Positions 9,627 to 20,137 of a stretch of DNA of 64,000 nt are shown in pieces. Where the stretch lies: positions 1 to 64,000 of the IMG/VR virus record IMGVR_UViG_3300014613_000020. The stretch is one strand, 5' to 3'. The stretch comes from a virus. Numbering within the stretch: the stretch's first letter is position 1; every line of letters starts with the position of its first letter. A model generated the notes under the pieces. The model was not told the origin of the DNA and did not search any database. It worked only from the letters and a program-made list of their open reading frames with translations. A program made the position numbers and the translations under genes.

Positions 9627-11783
9627 ATGGCAAAAATACATGGTAAGAACTGGAGGGTCTACCTAAACGCAGTAGACTTCTCTGGGATAAGCAATAATAC
9701 CACTGTCAACATGATGGGGACTATGGCAGAGGTAACATGTTACAGCGATACTTGGATGCAACGGATAGTCGGCCATAATGATTGGAATATTGACCTAGCA
9801 GGGTTCTACGATGCAAGTTCAGCTAGCGGATTCTCGTCATCACTAAATGCGTTGCTGGCAGCATCAGTTCTTATTGGAATCTTCCCAAACAAACCCAATG
9901 AAGGTGAGATAGGTTATGAGGGGGTGCCGATAGAGACAGACTATACCATAAGTGGTCCTGTGGACGGTCCTATAGCTGTTAATATGACATATAGCGGCAG
10001 TGCACGATTATCAAGAACCAAAGTTATCTCTAGTTGCACTTCCTATACTACGGTGACAACAGCGAATGGTACAGCAACTGATATGGGGGCGACAGCATCG
10101 AGGGGGACATTTGTGTTGCGTCTTCCTTCAGGCAGTGCCACAGTATGGGGGACTGAGAATGCGGCAAGTATGGCAATTCAGTCAGCCAGTTCAACAACCT
10201 CAGCAGAATTTGTAACGTATACAAATTTTACGCCATTTGCAGGAGTAACGTCTGAGATACTAAATTATTCAGGATCTGTGGATAGATATGTTCGGTGTCA
10301 GTGGAATCTCACAGGAGCAACAGCTCCTAACTTGGATTGGATAGTCACAGCAGAAACATATGGCACACGCAAATTGTGGCAAGGTCTCTCGTGGAACGAG
10401 AGCACAGACGCTTACACCCGGCGGGGGTCATTGGCTGCCTTCGCAGCGGGGGCAACCCCTGGCAACGCTACCCTGCCTATTCAGTCTGTCATGCGCCGAT
10501 GTGTGATTAGTGATGCGGGCGTGGTACAGTATTACCTGAATGCAACGGACTCCACGCTAAAAGCAAACGGAGATCCGTCGGACTTGACTGGTGCGGATGG
10601 TCAAGTCATGGTGGAGATACCAAAGTTCTACTACAAGTACTCATGGGTCTCCAATGTCCACACTTGGGACATCTCCCGATACGAGCTGACAGGATTCGTG
10701 GTTCACCCGGCATTCGTCAAAAACGGTGTGGAGGTGGACTTCCGTTACGTCGGCGCTTACGAGGGTGTGTTGTATGATGATTCCAAGAGTGTCTATACTA
10801 GCGACTACAACCCTGTAGCATCGCATTCGGCCACCTTCGACGTAGACAATGGAGCCAGCAAGGGCACGATCACGGCAGGTGCAGGAACGCCATATGCTTT
10901 ACTTCAGGCGGGTGACGTTATTGTGGTCTCAGGCACGGCAGACAACGATGGCACGTACATCATTGACAGCATAGCGGGTGATAACGTCATTACTACAACC
11001 GCAGTGATTACAGGCGCAGACGGAGTGGAGGCTACTACCGTCATCAGTGCACCAGCGGTGGATACGTCGAACGATATACTGTCCAGTGTGAGCGGTAAGA
11101 AGGCATTCACTGGGATCACACGGGCCAACTTTCGGCTCATCGCAGCCAAGCGAGGCACAGGTTGGCGGCAATTCGACTTCTACTTGGCCTCGGCCATCCA
11201 ACTCTTGTATCTGGTGGAGTACGCAGATTTCTACTCCCAGAGTACGATTGGTCTTGGATTAACTGACTGGGTCGCTGCGACATGGACGGCGTACAATGCT
11301 CAACACGCAATCAACAATAGTGGGCTGAGTAATGGCGACGGAGATGCTGTCAATAACGTTTCTGGCGGGGACGGGGTCGTTGGTAGCTATATGACATATC
11401 GCGGTATCGAGAACTGGTTTGGTCATACTTGGCAGTTCATCGACGGGTTTAATATTAACAACAATATACCATATTTCAGCAATACTGACACAGACTTTGC
11501 TGACGACACAGCAACGAACTACGATGTCCCAGGTATTACTCTTCACAATGCCGACGGCTATCAGGGTGCGTTGGAGCAGATTGACGAAGGTTTCTTGCCA
11601 GCGGACGTTACGGGAACATCGACGACCAAAATCACCGACTACTACAATCAGGCTGCCGGTTGGAAGGTGGCCTTGCTTGGCGGTGCTGCGAGGTACTCGG
11701 GATATGCGGGTGGGTTCAACTGGTATATGCATTATGCTTCTTCTGGTTTGCTTTCGTACTTCAGCGCTCGGTTGGCCTATTAA
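9627..11783 (+). CDS. tail-tube-like domain fused to C-type-lectin (DGR target-type) domain
   Basis: aa 1-245 paralogous to 11988..12728; C-terminus YRGIENWFGH...LGGA...AGGF...SARL. Confidence 0.7.
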   Translation: MAKIHGKNWRVYLNAVDFSGISNNTTVNMMGTMAEVTCYSDTWMQRIVGHNDWNIDLAGFYDASSASGFSSSLNALLAASVLIGIFPNKPNEGEIGYEGVPIETDYTISGPVDGPIAVNMTYSGSARLSRTKVISSCTSYTTVTTANGTATDMGATASRGTFVLRLPSGSATVWGTENAASMAIQSASSTTSAEFVTYTNFTPFAGVTSEILNYSGSVDRYVRCQWNLTGATAPNLDWIVTAETYGTRKLWQGLSWNESTDAYTRRGSLAAFAAGATPGNATLPIQSVMRRCVISDAGVVQYYLNATDSTLKANGDPSDLTGADGQVMVEIPKFYYKYSWVSNVHTWDISRYELTGFVVHPAFVKNGVEVDFRYVGAYEGVLYDDSKSVYTSDYNPVASHSATFDVDNGASKGTITAGAGTPYALLQAGDVIVVSGTADNDGTYIIDSIAGDNVITTTAVITGADGVEATTVISAPAVDTSNDILSSVSGKKAFTGITRANFRLIAAKRGTGWRQFDFYLASAIQLLYLVEYADFYSQSTIGLGLTDWVAATWTAYNAQHAINNSGLSNGDGDAVNNVSGGDGVVGSYMTYRGIENWFGHTWQFIDGFNINNNIPYFSNTDTDFADDTATNYDVPGITLHNADGYQGALEQIDEGFLPADVTGTSTTKITDYYNQAAGWKVALLGGAARYSGYAGGFNWYMHYASSGLLSYFSARLAY

Positions 11784-11987
11784 GGTAAATACCATCAGTT
11801 TTCAAACCACAGTAGGCTATGAAGTAACTTTAGGAAATACCGGAGATAATGTTATAGCGATTGGATACCAAAATGGCTTGTGACCTTTGCGAAGTATCAA
11901 TAGATGCTAATTATATCTATGTGTGCACGGCTAATACTGCTTGGAACCGATTAGCATTATCAATCTGGTAAATAGAGGTACAAATAT

Positions 11988-12728
11988 ATGGCAAAAATAC
12001 ATGGTAAGAACTGGAGGGTCTACCTAAACGCAGTAGACTTCTCTGGGATAAGCAATAATACCACTGTCAACATGGTAGGTGCTCCGGTGGAGGTGACATG
12101 CTATAGTGATGATTGGGTACAGAGGTTAGCTGGGCAGAACAGTTGGAGTATGGATTTGGCAGGGTTCTACGATCCAGCATCCGCCAGTGGATTTTCATCA
12201 TCGTTGAATGCGTTATTGGCGGCATCGGTTCTTATTGGAGTCTTCCCAAACAAACCCAATGAGGATGAAGTGGGTTATGAGGGGGTGCCGATAGAGACAG
12301 ACTATACCATAAATGGTCCTGTAGACGGTCCTGTGGCCGTTAACATGACATACAGTGGCAGTGGAAGACTTAGTAGGACGACAGTATTATCAAGCTGTAC
12401 ATCCTATACAACAGTCACAACCGCTGAGAGTGCGGCTCAGGACATGGGAGCGACGGCATCACGGGGCACATTTGTATTGCGTGTCCCATCAGCGAGCGCT
12501 ACTGCCTGGCCCACGGAATCAGCAAGCATGTTAATTCAGTCGGCAAGTTCAACCACTGCCAGTGAATTCGCTACGTACACACGATTTACAGTATTTGAGA
12601 GTGTAACGTCTGAAATACTAAAATATTCAGGGTCTGTGGATAGATATGTGAGATGCCAATGGGATCTCACGGGAGCAACAGCTCCTAACTTGGATTGGAT
12701 AGTCACAGCAGAAACATATGATACTTAA
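11988..12728 (+). CDS. tail tube-like protein (paralogue 2)
   Basis: MAKIHGKN start shared by three genes; tube-like fold pattern; position before chaperone and tape measure. Confidence 0.65.
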   Translation: MAKIHGKNWRVYLNAVDFSGISNNTTVNMVGAPVEVTCYSDDWVQRLAGQNSWSMDLAGFYDPASASGFSSSLNALLAASVLIGVFPNKPNEDEVGYEGVPIETDYTINGPVDGPVAVNMTYSGSGRLSRTTVLSSCTSYTTVTTAESAAQDMGATASRGTFVLRVPSASATAWPTESASMLIQSASSTTASEFATYTRFTVFESVTSEILKYSGSVDRYVRCQWDLTGATAPNLDWIVTAETYDT

Positions 12729-12740
12729 TAGGAGTAAATA

Positions 12741-13160
12741 ATGGCAAAGATACATGGTAAAAACGCAGTACTTTTCGTGTCGGATGGAGTCACGGAACAG
12801 AACCTAAAGGGTGATGGTAATACTATCACTCTTAACCTGACAGGCACAACGGCTGAGACATTGGCCTTTGGCGACACTTGGATTACACGCATCGCAGGTC
12901 ACAAAGATTGGTCTTTGGACTACAGTGGATTCTTCAATACCACTGCCAGTACCGCACAGGACACAGTTTATGCCGTACTGAATACCGCCACCTGCATAGT
13001 CTTCTTCCCATCAGGCTGCCCTGTTGGAACGGGTTCCCCAAGGTTCAAATCCTCGGCAGGCATAATCACGGACTTCTCTGTAACCACACCCGTGGATGGC
13101 CCTATTGCACTGTCATTCACTATGATTGGTGCAAGTGACATAAATAGGACTATTGTATGA
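12741..13160 (+). CDS. major tail tube protein (TP901-1-like, short form)
   Basis: FGDTW..RIAGHKDWS...ITDFSVTTPVDG pattern. Confidence 0.7.
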   Translation: MAKIHGKNAVLFVSDGVTEQNLKGDGNTITLNLTGTTAETLAFGDTWITRIAGHKDWSLDYSGFFNTTASTAQDTVYAVLNTATCIVFFPSGCPVGTGSPRFKSSAGIITDFSVTTPVDGPIALSFTMIGASDINRTIV

Positions 13161-13480
13161 TGAGAATAGAATGTAGAATAGAAGGACATGAGACGGAGTG
13201 GATTGAGTACAAACCTATCCGGTTAAAAGATAGGCTGGCGTATCAACGCGAGGTGGGTGAGGAAGAGGTCTGGAATGTCCTGAAGTCTGTAATGGAACGA
13301 TGGAAGCTGACCGATGCTGACGGGAAGGAAGTTCCTTTTCCCGACAGTGATACAAAACTGGATGATGTTGGAGAACTTGACGAACCTATGTATGCATGGC
13401 TGGTCGGTTCATTCATGGAGGCAATCATCCTTGGAAGGAGCAAAGCGCAATCCGCCCCTTTCTCCGTAGAATCGGACTAG
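13157..13480 (+). CDS. tail assembly chaperone (G)
   Basis: WKLTDADGKEVPF motif; between tube and tape measure genes. Confidence 0.7.
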   Translation: MMRIECRIEGHETEWIEYKPIRLKDRLAYQREVGEEEVWNVLKSVMERWKLTDADGKEVPFPDSDTKLDDVGELDEPMYAWLVGSFMEAIILGRSKAQSAPFSVESD

Positions 13481-13734
13481 CCCATGAGGGGAAGGGCAAT
13501 CTCCCCTTGGAAGTAGAACTGAGCATACTCGCCGAACGCTATCACACCACTCCTAGCGCTATCTTGGAGGAAGAGGATGAATTGATATACACTGCCGCTG
13601 TTGGGCTTGACACTCTGCGGGCATTGCAGGCGTGTGATAGGGCTATGGAAAAAGGTGGAGAAAACTTTGGGGAGGGGATAGAGGCGGAGATGAAAATCAT
13701 GCAAAAGGTTCAGGAGGCCATGAAGAATGAGTAG
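13456..13734 (+). CDS. tail assembly chaperone extension (GT) via -1 frameshift
   Basis: C-CCT-TTC slippery heptamer at 13456-13462; -1 frame open to 13734. Confidence 0.6.
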   Translation, partial: PFLRRIGLAHEGKGNLPLEVELSILAERYHTTPSAILEEEDELIYTAAVGLDTLRALQACDRAMEKGGENFGEGIEAEMKIMQKVQEAMKNE

Positions 13735-16258
13735 TCGGGCAGTCATCATAATCGATGCTCGTGACCAGGCTTCAGTTGTATTCAATCAAGTGCAAAACGG
13801 CATGAAGGGAATAGACACCACCGCAAAACAGGCGTCACAAGGAACTAAAGCTCTTAGCGGGGCATTTGGTGGTCTGACCACTATGGTGACTGGATTCATC
13901 GGGGCTTACGTGGGTATTCATGGGTTGCAGATGATCCAGCAAATGGCTATGCTTGGTGCTCAGGTAGAAGTTACTGAGGCATCATTCAATCGAATGATAG
14001 CGTCTGTAGGTATTGGTGCTGACATCATGGATAAGATGAAGGCCGCTGCTGGTGGGACTATTCCTGAGTTGCAGTTAATGCAAGCACTAAATACATCGTT
14101 GATAGGATCTAGTGCTGAATTTGGCAATATGATGGCTAATGCCTATCCTCAGTTAATCGAGATAGCACGAGCGGCAAACATTGCAAACCCAGCGTTGGGT
14201 GACGTGGATTTTATGATTCGTTCTCTGTCAATTGGGCTCAAACGTATGAGTCCACGTATCATTGACAACTTGGGATTACAACTCTCACTTGGAGAGGCAA
14301 ATCAGAATTTGGCCGCTCAATTGGGAAAAAGCACGGATGCATTGACGGTTGAAGAAAAACAAATGGCTCTGTTGAATGAGACGCTTAGAGCCGGTGGTAT
14401 CCTTGTAGACCAAGTTGGTATCAGTACAGATAATACTATTACTAAGACACAACAATGGACCACAGCTCAAGCTGATTTAAAGGCTGAGTTTGGTCGCAGT
14501 GCGAGTGATTTACTACTCTATCAAGGTGTATTGGCTAAGTTGGCGGGAGGAGTAACTAAATTATTAGAGGGTGAACGCAAGGGAAAGGATATGGCGAATG
14601 CCTATCGCCAAGAACTTAAAAGATTATTTGATACTAGTGAATTAACATATCTTCAATGGAAAGAGATGGATAGGGAACTATCTAAGCTGCTGCAACAAGT
14701 ATCTTGGGGTGTAATAACAGTTGATGAATTCACAATAGCCTTATCGGATATGTCTGATGGAGTAAAAGTTGCGGTAGTTGATGCAGCCGCTCTAGAAGCA
14801 AAAATTAAGGAATTAAATCTAGTTTTTGTTGATATGGGGGAGGCTGGCTTTACAGGAGGGGAAGATCTAGCAGGGACGTTTATAGATATAAAAAAGGCGT
14901 CTGATGCCTTTCTAGAACGGGTATATGCCCTTTCTTACTCCCAGCAATTAAATGGGATTCAAGTCATAGCATTGCGAGACAAGCACAACGAACTGAAACA
15001 ATCCTTGGCGGATGGCAAGATATCAGCTAAAGAATTTTCAATGGAACTTGCTATAATGCTTGGACTACTACCACAAATAGCGGATCCTACAATAGCGGCT
15101 ATGGAAGCGATACTAGGACTTTCAAGTGCTTTAGATACAGCTAAAGCTTCAATGGCAAATTGGCCCAGAATGCCTGAAATGGGTGACTGGCCTTATGATA
15201 TTCAAGTTTATCCTGGCTCCACCACCGCCATAGCGGAAGAAATTAACAAAGCTGGGGAAGACATTGCAGCGACTTTTCTTAGTCTGGGGGTGCCTATTGA
15301 ACAAGTTGAGACTGATTTACAAAGATTAAAAGATGGCACCTGGGACTTAGCCGGTGAGATTGTTGGGGCCGATAAATGGGCACAAGATGCTCTGATAAAT
15401 AGTGCAATTGATACTGCTTTTGCTAAGTCAGATTTACTTGTTCAGGAGTCTAGAGCTCGGGAGTCAGCATTAAATAAAGCAATTGCCGATGAAAAAAGTG
15501 CAAGAAAGAAGATGCTTGATGATGCCGAAAGGGACTCAAAACAACGAATAGCAACTATGAAGAGTACGATATCAGGACTTTTAACGCCGACGATGCCTGA
15601 CGACTGGTGGAAGCCCAAATTGCCAAGAAAGGACGAATGGGACGAAGTGGCTCGACAGGCAGCAGACGTTGCCAACTTGGGGGAAGGATCACCACACTAC
15701 CAAGAACTAATGAAAACTGTGCCAAAATTTAAGGAGTTAGTTGAAGCTATGGGCGTGAAAGAAGGCGCTCTTGCGTATGTTGAGGCTTTTTACCAATTCA
15801 CAGACCTTAGCGCCATAAAAACCGATAGAATAAAACAACAATATACAGACCTTATGACAGCCGCATTCAATAAGGAACAGATAGTAAATGCCATTGCCGC
15901 CGATATTCAGGCGGGTGGTGGAACTGTAAATATGGATGTACTCGGCGCTCTTGTAGCAGGCAAACCTGAGTTAGCACTGATGGCCTTGAGTGGTGGGGAT
16001 TTAGGAACTGCAATGACTGGTGGATATAACCAAACAGTTACTGACGCAAGACCGATTAGCATGTTTGTCGACGCTGCAAACAATGACTTGGAAGCACAAA
16101 GGAACCAACTGTTAATATTGGGCAATAGCCTGGGTGGGGTATTGATTGCCGGAATCACCCAAGCGTTGGTTTCACCTGATTTTATCAATATATTAGCCGG
16201 AGCGGTATCACCACGGGTTGCAGAGATAATAAATGCTCAGTGGGGGGGGCCTAGATAA
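13727..16258 (+). CDS. tail tape measure protein
   Basis: 843 aa, helical, IDARDQAS start, SPRIIDNLGL motif. Confidence 0.85.
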   Translation: MSSRAVIIIDARDQASVVFNQVQNGMKGIDTTAKQASQGTKALSGAFGGLTTMVTGFIGAYVGIHGLQMIQQMAMLGAQVEVTEASFNRMIASVGIGADIMDKMKAAAGGTIPELQLMQALNTSLIGSSAEFGNMMANAYPQLIEIARAANIANPALGDVDFMIRSLSIGLKRMSPRIIDNLGLQLSLGEANQNLAAQLGKSTDALTVEEKQMALLNETLRAGGILVDQVGISTDNTITKTQQWTTAQADLKAEFGRSASDLLLYQGVLAKLAGGVTKLLEGERKGKDMANAYRQELKRLFDTSELTYLQWKEMDRELSKLLQQVSWGVITVDEFTIALSDMSDGVKVAVVDAAALEAKIKELNLVFVDMGEAGFTGGEDLAGTFIDIKKASDAFLERVYALSYSQQLNGIQVIALRDKHNELKQSLADGKISAKEFSMELAIMLGLLPQIADPTIAAMEAILGLSSALDTAKASMANWPRMPEMGDWPYDIQVYPGSTTAIAEEINKAGEDIAATFLSLGVPIEQVETDLQRLKDGTWDLAGEIVGADKWAQDALINSAIDTAFAKSDLLVQESRARESALNKAIADEKSARKKMLDDAERDSKQRIATMKSTISGLLTPTMPDDWWKPKLPRKDEWDEVARQAADVANLGEGSPHYQELMKTVPKFKELVEAMGVKEGALAYVEAFYQFTDLSAIKTDRIKQQYTDLMTAAFNKEQIVNAIAADIQAGGGTVNMDVLGALVAGKPELALMALSGGDLGTAMTGGYNQTVTDARPISMFVDAANNDLEAQRNQLLILGNSLGGVLIAGITQALVSPDFINILAGAVSPRVAEIINAQWGGPR

Positions 16259-16627
16259 ATGGCTTCAGCATGTATAACTGAATTAGGATATGTGGGTGCA
16301 TCTGTGACATTGGCAGACCCCTATGATGCCACAATAACATATAATAAATTAGGCCAATACTCACGGATGGCAAACAAGACGCTTACGTTCGATGGGACTG
16401 GAAGTGCCCCACTGTTCCGTTCGTGGGATATCCAATGGGGTCTACTAAACGGAACAGACCAAGCGGTCATTAACACGGAAGCCGTGCGAACCGGTTCACA
16501 GTATTTCTCACCACCTTCAACCTGTGGAGTATTCAGCGTGTTTGTCACAAGTTACTCAGAAATACCCGTCCCATCTGAGAGTGGGTCTATCAGATATAAT
16601 ATCAGAATGCGTTTGGAGGAGCTGTAG
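16259..16627 (+). CDS. distal tail protein (putative)
   Basis: follows tape measure; ends LEEL. Confidence 0.55.
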   Translation: MASACITELGYVGASVTLADPYDATITYNKLGQYSRMANKTLTFDGTGSAPLFRSWDIQWGLLNGTDQAVINTEAVRTGSQYFSPPSTCGVFSVFVTSYSEIPVPSESGSIRYNIRMRLEEL

Positions 16628-18114
16628 TGGCTCAGTCTATTTTCGGAACGTCGCTGTCAGCCAACGCAACCGGTGTGTCGCGCAATGTAGCCTACAAATT
16701 TGAGGTGAATTGGTACAATACATGGGACTCACTCGGGTCGTGGACTGATGAATCCGTGAATGTCGAATCCATATCCGGTGAGATGCGGCTGTCTGGATTT
16801 GGTGCTGGATTATCAAAGACAGGTAACACAATATCTAACAGAGCTACTATATCCCTGCGCAACACGGGGAATAGATATTCGGCTTGCGATAGGTATTTAG
16901 TTCCTGCTAGAATTCAGATGGGTTTCTACAATGGAGCAACCCCGGAACTGTTAGATCAATTTGCAGGTGTGATAGTTGATCCAAAAGAACAGACTATTAC
17001 CAAAAAGGTCTCTTTTACATGTGCTGATAGAGCTGCTGTATTTGCTGAGGAAAAGGCAATAACTGGTATGTACACCAATCAGACTGTAGAAGATTGGCTG
17101 GCTATTTTAGCTACCGAGGCTGACATACCTGCAGGTGATCAGATATTAGATGAGGGTATGTTCACTCTTCCCTTCTGTTGGTTGGATGATGAACCGCTGA
17201 CTAGCGAAATGCAGGCTGTTGCCGAGGCGGATGGGGGCAACCTGTATTTTAACAAAAGTGGCTCTCTCATATACGAGAATATGTATCATTGGTTAATTGA
17301 AGAAGATTCACTTACAACAGCATCTACATTTGATTTTACTATCAAATCGTTTCAGGAATTAGAACCAGAACAGACACACAAAGAGATTTATACATCAGCA
17401 ATTGTAGAGCACCAAGCAAGATCACAAGGTTCTGTAGATATTGTATACTCAAGAGATGACGTGATATATGTTGGTCCCGGTGCTGCTGCTAGTATTAAAG
17501 CACGACTAACTAAACCTTGTACTACAGTATACGATGCCATAGAAGATACAGACTATCTCACTCTAACAGGTGGTGGTATGCGTACATCTGGATGCATAGC
17601 TGTAGTAGGAGTAGCCTATGCTCAGCAAGTAGATTTAGAATTCACCAATTCTAATCCATCTTATGCTCTATACATCTATGATTTTCAATTACGTGGTGAT
17701 CCACTATTCGGTGGTCCTGTAAACGAGGAAAAATACATATCAACTTGTATTAGTGGTATTAAAGAATTTGAGATTCGTGGCAATCCATATATTCAGGGGA
17801 AAGGGCAGGCGGAGGCTTTAGGTACATTCTATCGTGATAGACTGATGGAATCTCGTATAATTTATCATTTGAAAGGCGCTAGAGGTATTCCTTGGTTGGA
17901 ACTGGGCGACAAGGTCTCTCTAACAGAGTCCGACAGTGCTATAACAACATGTGCCTACATTATTGGGATGACATGGCAATTCAGGCCAGGCGAATCGTAC
18001 ACAATGGACGTGGACATGCTTTCTGCCTGTAGTCTATATCCTATTGCGGCTAGTGAGTATTTTGTAATGGATAACAGTGAGTTAGGAACATCATCATGCG
18101 CATTATTCTACTAA
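16627..18114 (+). CDS. baseplate hub/tail tip protein (putative)
   Basis: GGNLYFNKSG, NPYIQ, PWLELGD motifs. Confidence 0.65.
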   Translation: MAQSIFGTSLSANATGVSRNVAYKFEVNWYNTWDSLGSWTDESVNVESISGEMRLSGFGAGLSKTGNTISNRATISLRNTGNRYSACDRYLVPARIQMGFYNGATPELLDQFAGVIVDPKEQTITKKVSFTCADRAAVFAEEKAITGMYTNQTVEDWLAILATEADIPAGDQILDEGMFTLPFCWLDDEPLTSEMQAVAEADGGNLYFNKSGSLIYENMYHWLIEEDSLTTASTFDFTIKSFQELEPEQTHKEIYTSAIVEHQARSQGSVDIVYSRDDVIYVGPGAAASIKARLTKPCTTVYDAIEDTDYLTLTGGGMRTSGCIAVVGVAYAQQVDLEFTNSNPSYALYIYDFQLRGDPLFGGPVNEEKYISTCISGIKEFEIRGNPYIQGKGQAEALGTFYRDRLMESRIIYHLKGARGIPWLELGDKVSLTESDSAITTCAYIIGMTWQFRPGESYTMDVDMLSACSLYPIAASEYFVMDNSELGTSSCALFY

Positions 18115-18123
18115 AGGTGACTT

Positions 18124-19563
18124 ATGCTTGAATGGGAAGCACCACCAACATTCTCTGCTTCTTCAGCGTGGGGTGGCAGTACGTTACTATCTGCTGCTAA
18201 ACTAAATGTATTGACTAGAAATATGGAATGGCTCACAGGAAGAGCAGATGGTGAGAAGATGGTGTTTGCTGGTGTAAAGCACGATCAGTTTCCGGGATCA
18301 GATTTAGAAAAAGTGATCTGGGAAGGGCATATTCGCCACCAAAAAGATCGTCTAAGATTTGGGTTTTGGTGGACAAGTGATAAAGCAGAAACTTATGTTT
18401 CTATGTCCTATGGTGGTAATGATATGGGTTCCAGTCAAATAGGTGTAGGTGCTAGTATATTTTATACCGGGTCACTTGATTTATCTGGATTATCATTAAC
18501 TGCTGGTAGCTGGTACGATGTATATTTTGCACATCAGTTAGTAGGAGATCCAACTAATACAGCTTTCCAACTCGCCTGGATTGCTGAGTATGAAGGCTAT
18601 AACATCTCTGGCCTTTGGAAAACACCGCCTACGTTTACAGATTCAGCAATGACTGATTTGTCTGGTAGTTTAACCACATTATCAACCAATGCCAGCAAAC
18701 TGAAAGATGTGGCTATTGGTCCTATTGCATCCTTTGCTGCTCCAGGACTGGCAGGAGATGATTGGAGTGAAGCATGGAAAGATTTGAGGTATGAAGAAGA
18801 TAGTGAGTATGATAGTTCAGACGATATTTATTGGGGTGGTGGATGTATCCAACCTGGGGCTGTCTCAAAACTAAGATACGTCTTCAAGGCGGCGACAGAC
18901 ACAAAACTACGATTTAAGTATCAATCAGCAGATGGTGTGTGGGACAGTGACTATTTACCCACAGCAGCTGGTATACTATTTTCAACCAGTGGTATATACG
19001 ATGGAATTATAGATGTATCTGGTTGTGCTGCACAAGGGGATTATGTAAGAATAAGAGCACAGATTAGAGAGGGTGATGAAGACATAGATCATACAGGTGT
19101 ATCATTGTATTATCTTAGTGTGTATTCTGAGGAAGATTATTCTGCGGCGACTTTACCGACTTGGGAGCATGGAAACATGGTTGTAGAAGCTGCCAGTATG
19201 AATAGATATTCGGCAAGACAAACAGCATTAGCAGCTAGTGGAAAACTTCTAAAATACCAAAATCAGGCTATGAAAAGAGTAGGTGCTTCTGATGGCGGGG
19301 AGGAGGGTGGTAGAATTGGTATACTGAGACGAAATGGATCACGCTATTTGCATTACATGGCCAGAACAGGACATGAAGCTCCAGCAATTAAATATTTTGG
19401 CTCTGCTACAACAGGCAGTATCGTAGAAGAACGATCTTACCATCTAGAAACAGGATGGAACACACCTTATACATTAAATGTAGAGCAGTTAGATCAGTTG
19501 TATCCTGGTACATACTATAATGCTGATGAAGTAACAAGGGCGCAGGAGTGGGACGATGCCTAA
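18124..19563 (+). CDS. minor tail protein
   Basis: W..PPTF...LSAAKLN motif, partly repeated. Confidence 0.5.
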   Translation: MLEWEAPPTFSASSAWGGSTLLSAAKLNVLTRNMEWLTGRADGEKMVFAGVKHDQFPGSDLEKVIWEGHIRHQKDRLRFGFWWTSDKAETYVSMSYGGNDMGSSQIGVGASIFYTGSLDLSGLSLTAGSWYDVYFAHQLVGDPTNTAFQLAWIAEYEGYNISGLWKTPPTFTDSAMTDLSGSLTTLSTNASKLKDVAIGPIASFAAPGLAGDDWSEAWKDLRYEEDSEYDSSDDIYWGGGCIQPGAVSKLRYVFKAATDTKLRFKYQSADGVWDSDYLPTAAGILFSTSGIYDGIIDVSGCAAQGDYVRIRAQIREGDEDIDHTGVSLYYLSVYSEEDYSAATLPTWEHGNMVVEAASMNRYSARQTALAASGKLLKYQNQAMKRVGASDGGEEGGRIGILRRNGSRYLHYMARTGHEAPAIKYFGSATTGSIVEERSYHLETGWNTPYTLNVEQLDQLYPGTYYNADEVTRAQEWDDA

Positions 19564-20137
19564 AAAGGATATATTAAGGGTTATTGATACTAAAGATGGC
19601 CGTGGTAGACGTAGCGCATTGATGGAAAATTTGTATCAGCAGTTTATAATTCGTCCATCACAACCACAACCTGATGATGAAGCGCCCAATATCCCAGGAG
19701 GGGGAGCGGGAGGGAAATTAAACGACTACAACCGTATTAGTCTTAGAGGTGGAATGGTTGATGCCCATTTTACGTGGAATGATAGTCCTGAGACAGATTT
19801 TCATTACTATGGCGTAAGATGGAAAATGGGCGACTCAACCGCTTGGAATTATACCACAGCTACAAGTAGTAGTTATTGGTTAGAGAATCTTCCTTGGGGC
19901 ATATCCGGATCACTTGCTCTTTCTGCTGTAGATATATGGGGCAACTCTAGTGATTTTTCTCGATTTCCTATTGAGTTTAACAGTTCTACCCCACCCTATT
20001 GGGAAGGTGGATGGCCCGAAATTACTGCACCATCTATGATCATAGATTTTACAGGGCGTGATCTGGTAATGACGATTTTGGCAACTGCATCTGAATTGGG
20101 GGCGATTACAGGAATAGATGTGGACTTTAGTCTATGA
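19556..20137 (+). CDS. FN3-like tail protein
   Basis: FTWN...YYGVRW...SAVDIWGNSS. Confidence 0.5.
   Translation: MPKKDILRVIDTKDGRGRRSALMENLYQQFIIRPSQPQPDDEAPNIPGGGAGGKLNDYNRISLRGGMVDAHFTWNDSPETDFHYYGVRWKMGDSTAWNYTTATSSSYWLENLPWGISGSLALSAVDIWGNSSDFSRFPIEFNSSTPPYWEGGWPEITAPSMIIDFTGRDLVMTILATASELGAITGIDVDFSL

Noticed and set aside
9627-12000. Complete DGR cassette
   Set aside because: No reverse transcriptase, avd or template repeat found in the window.
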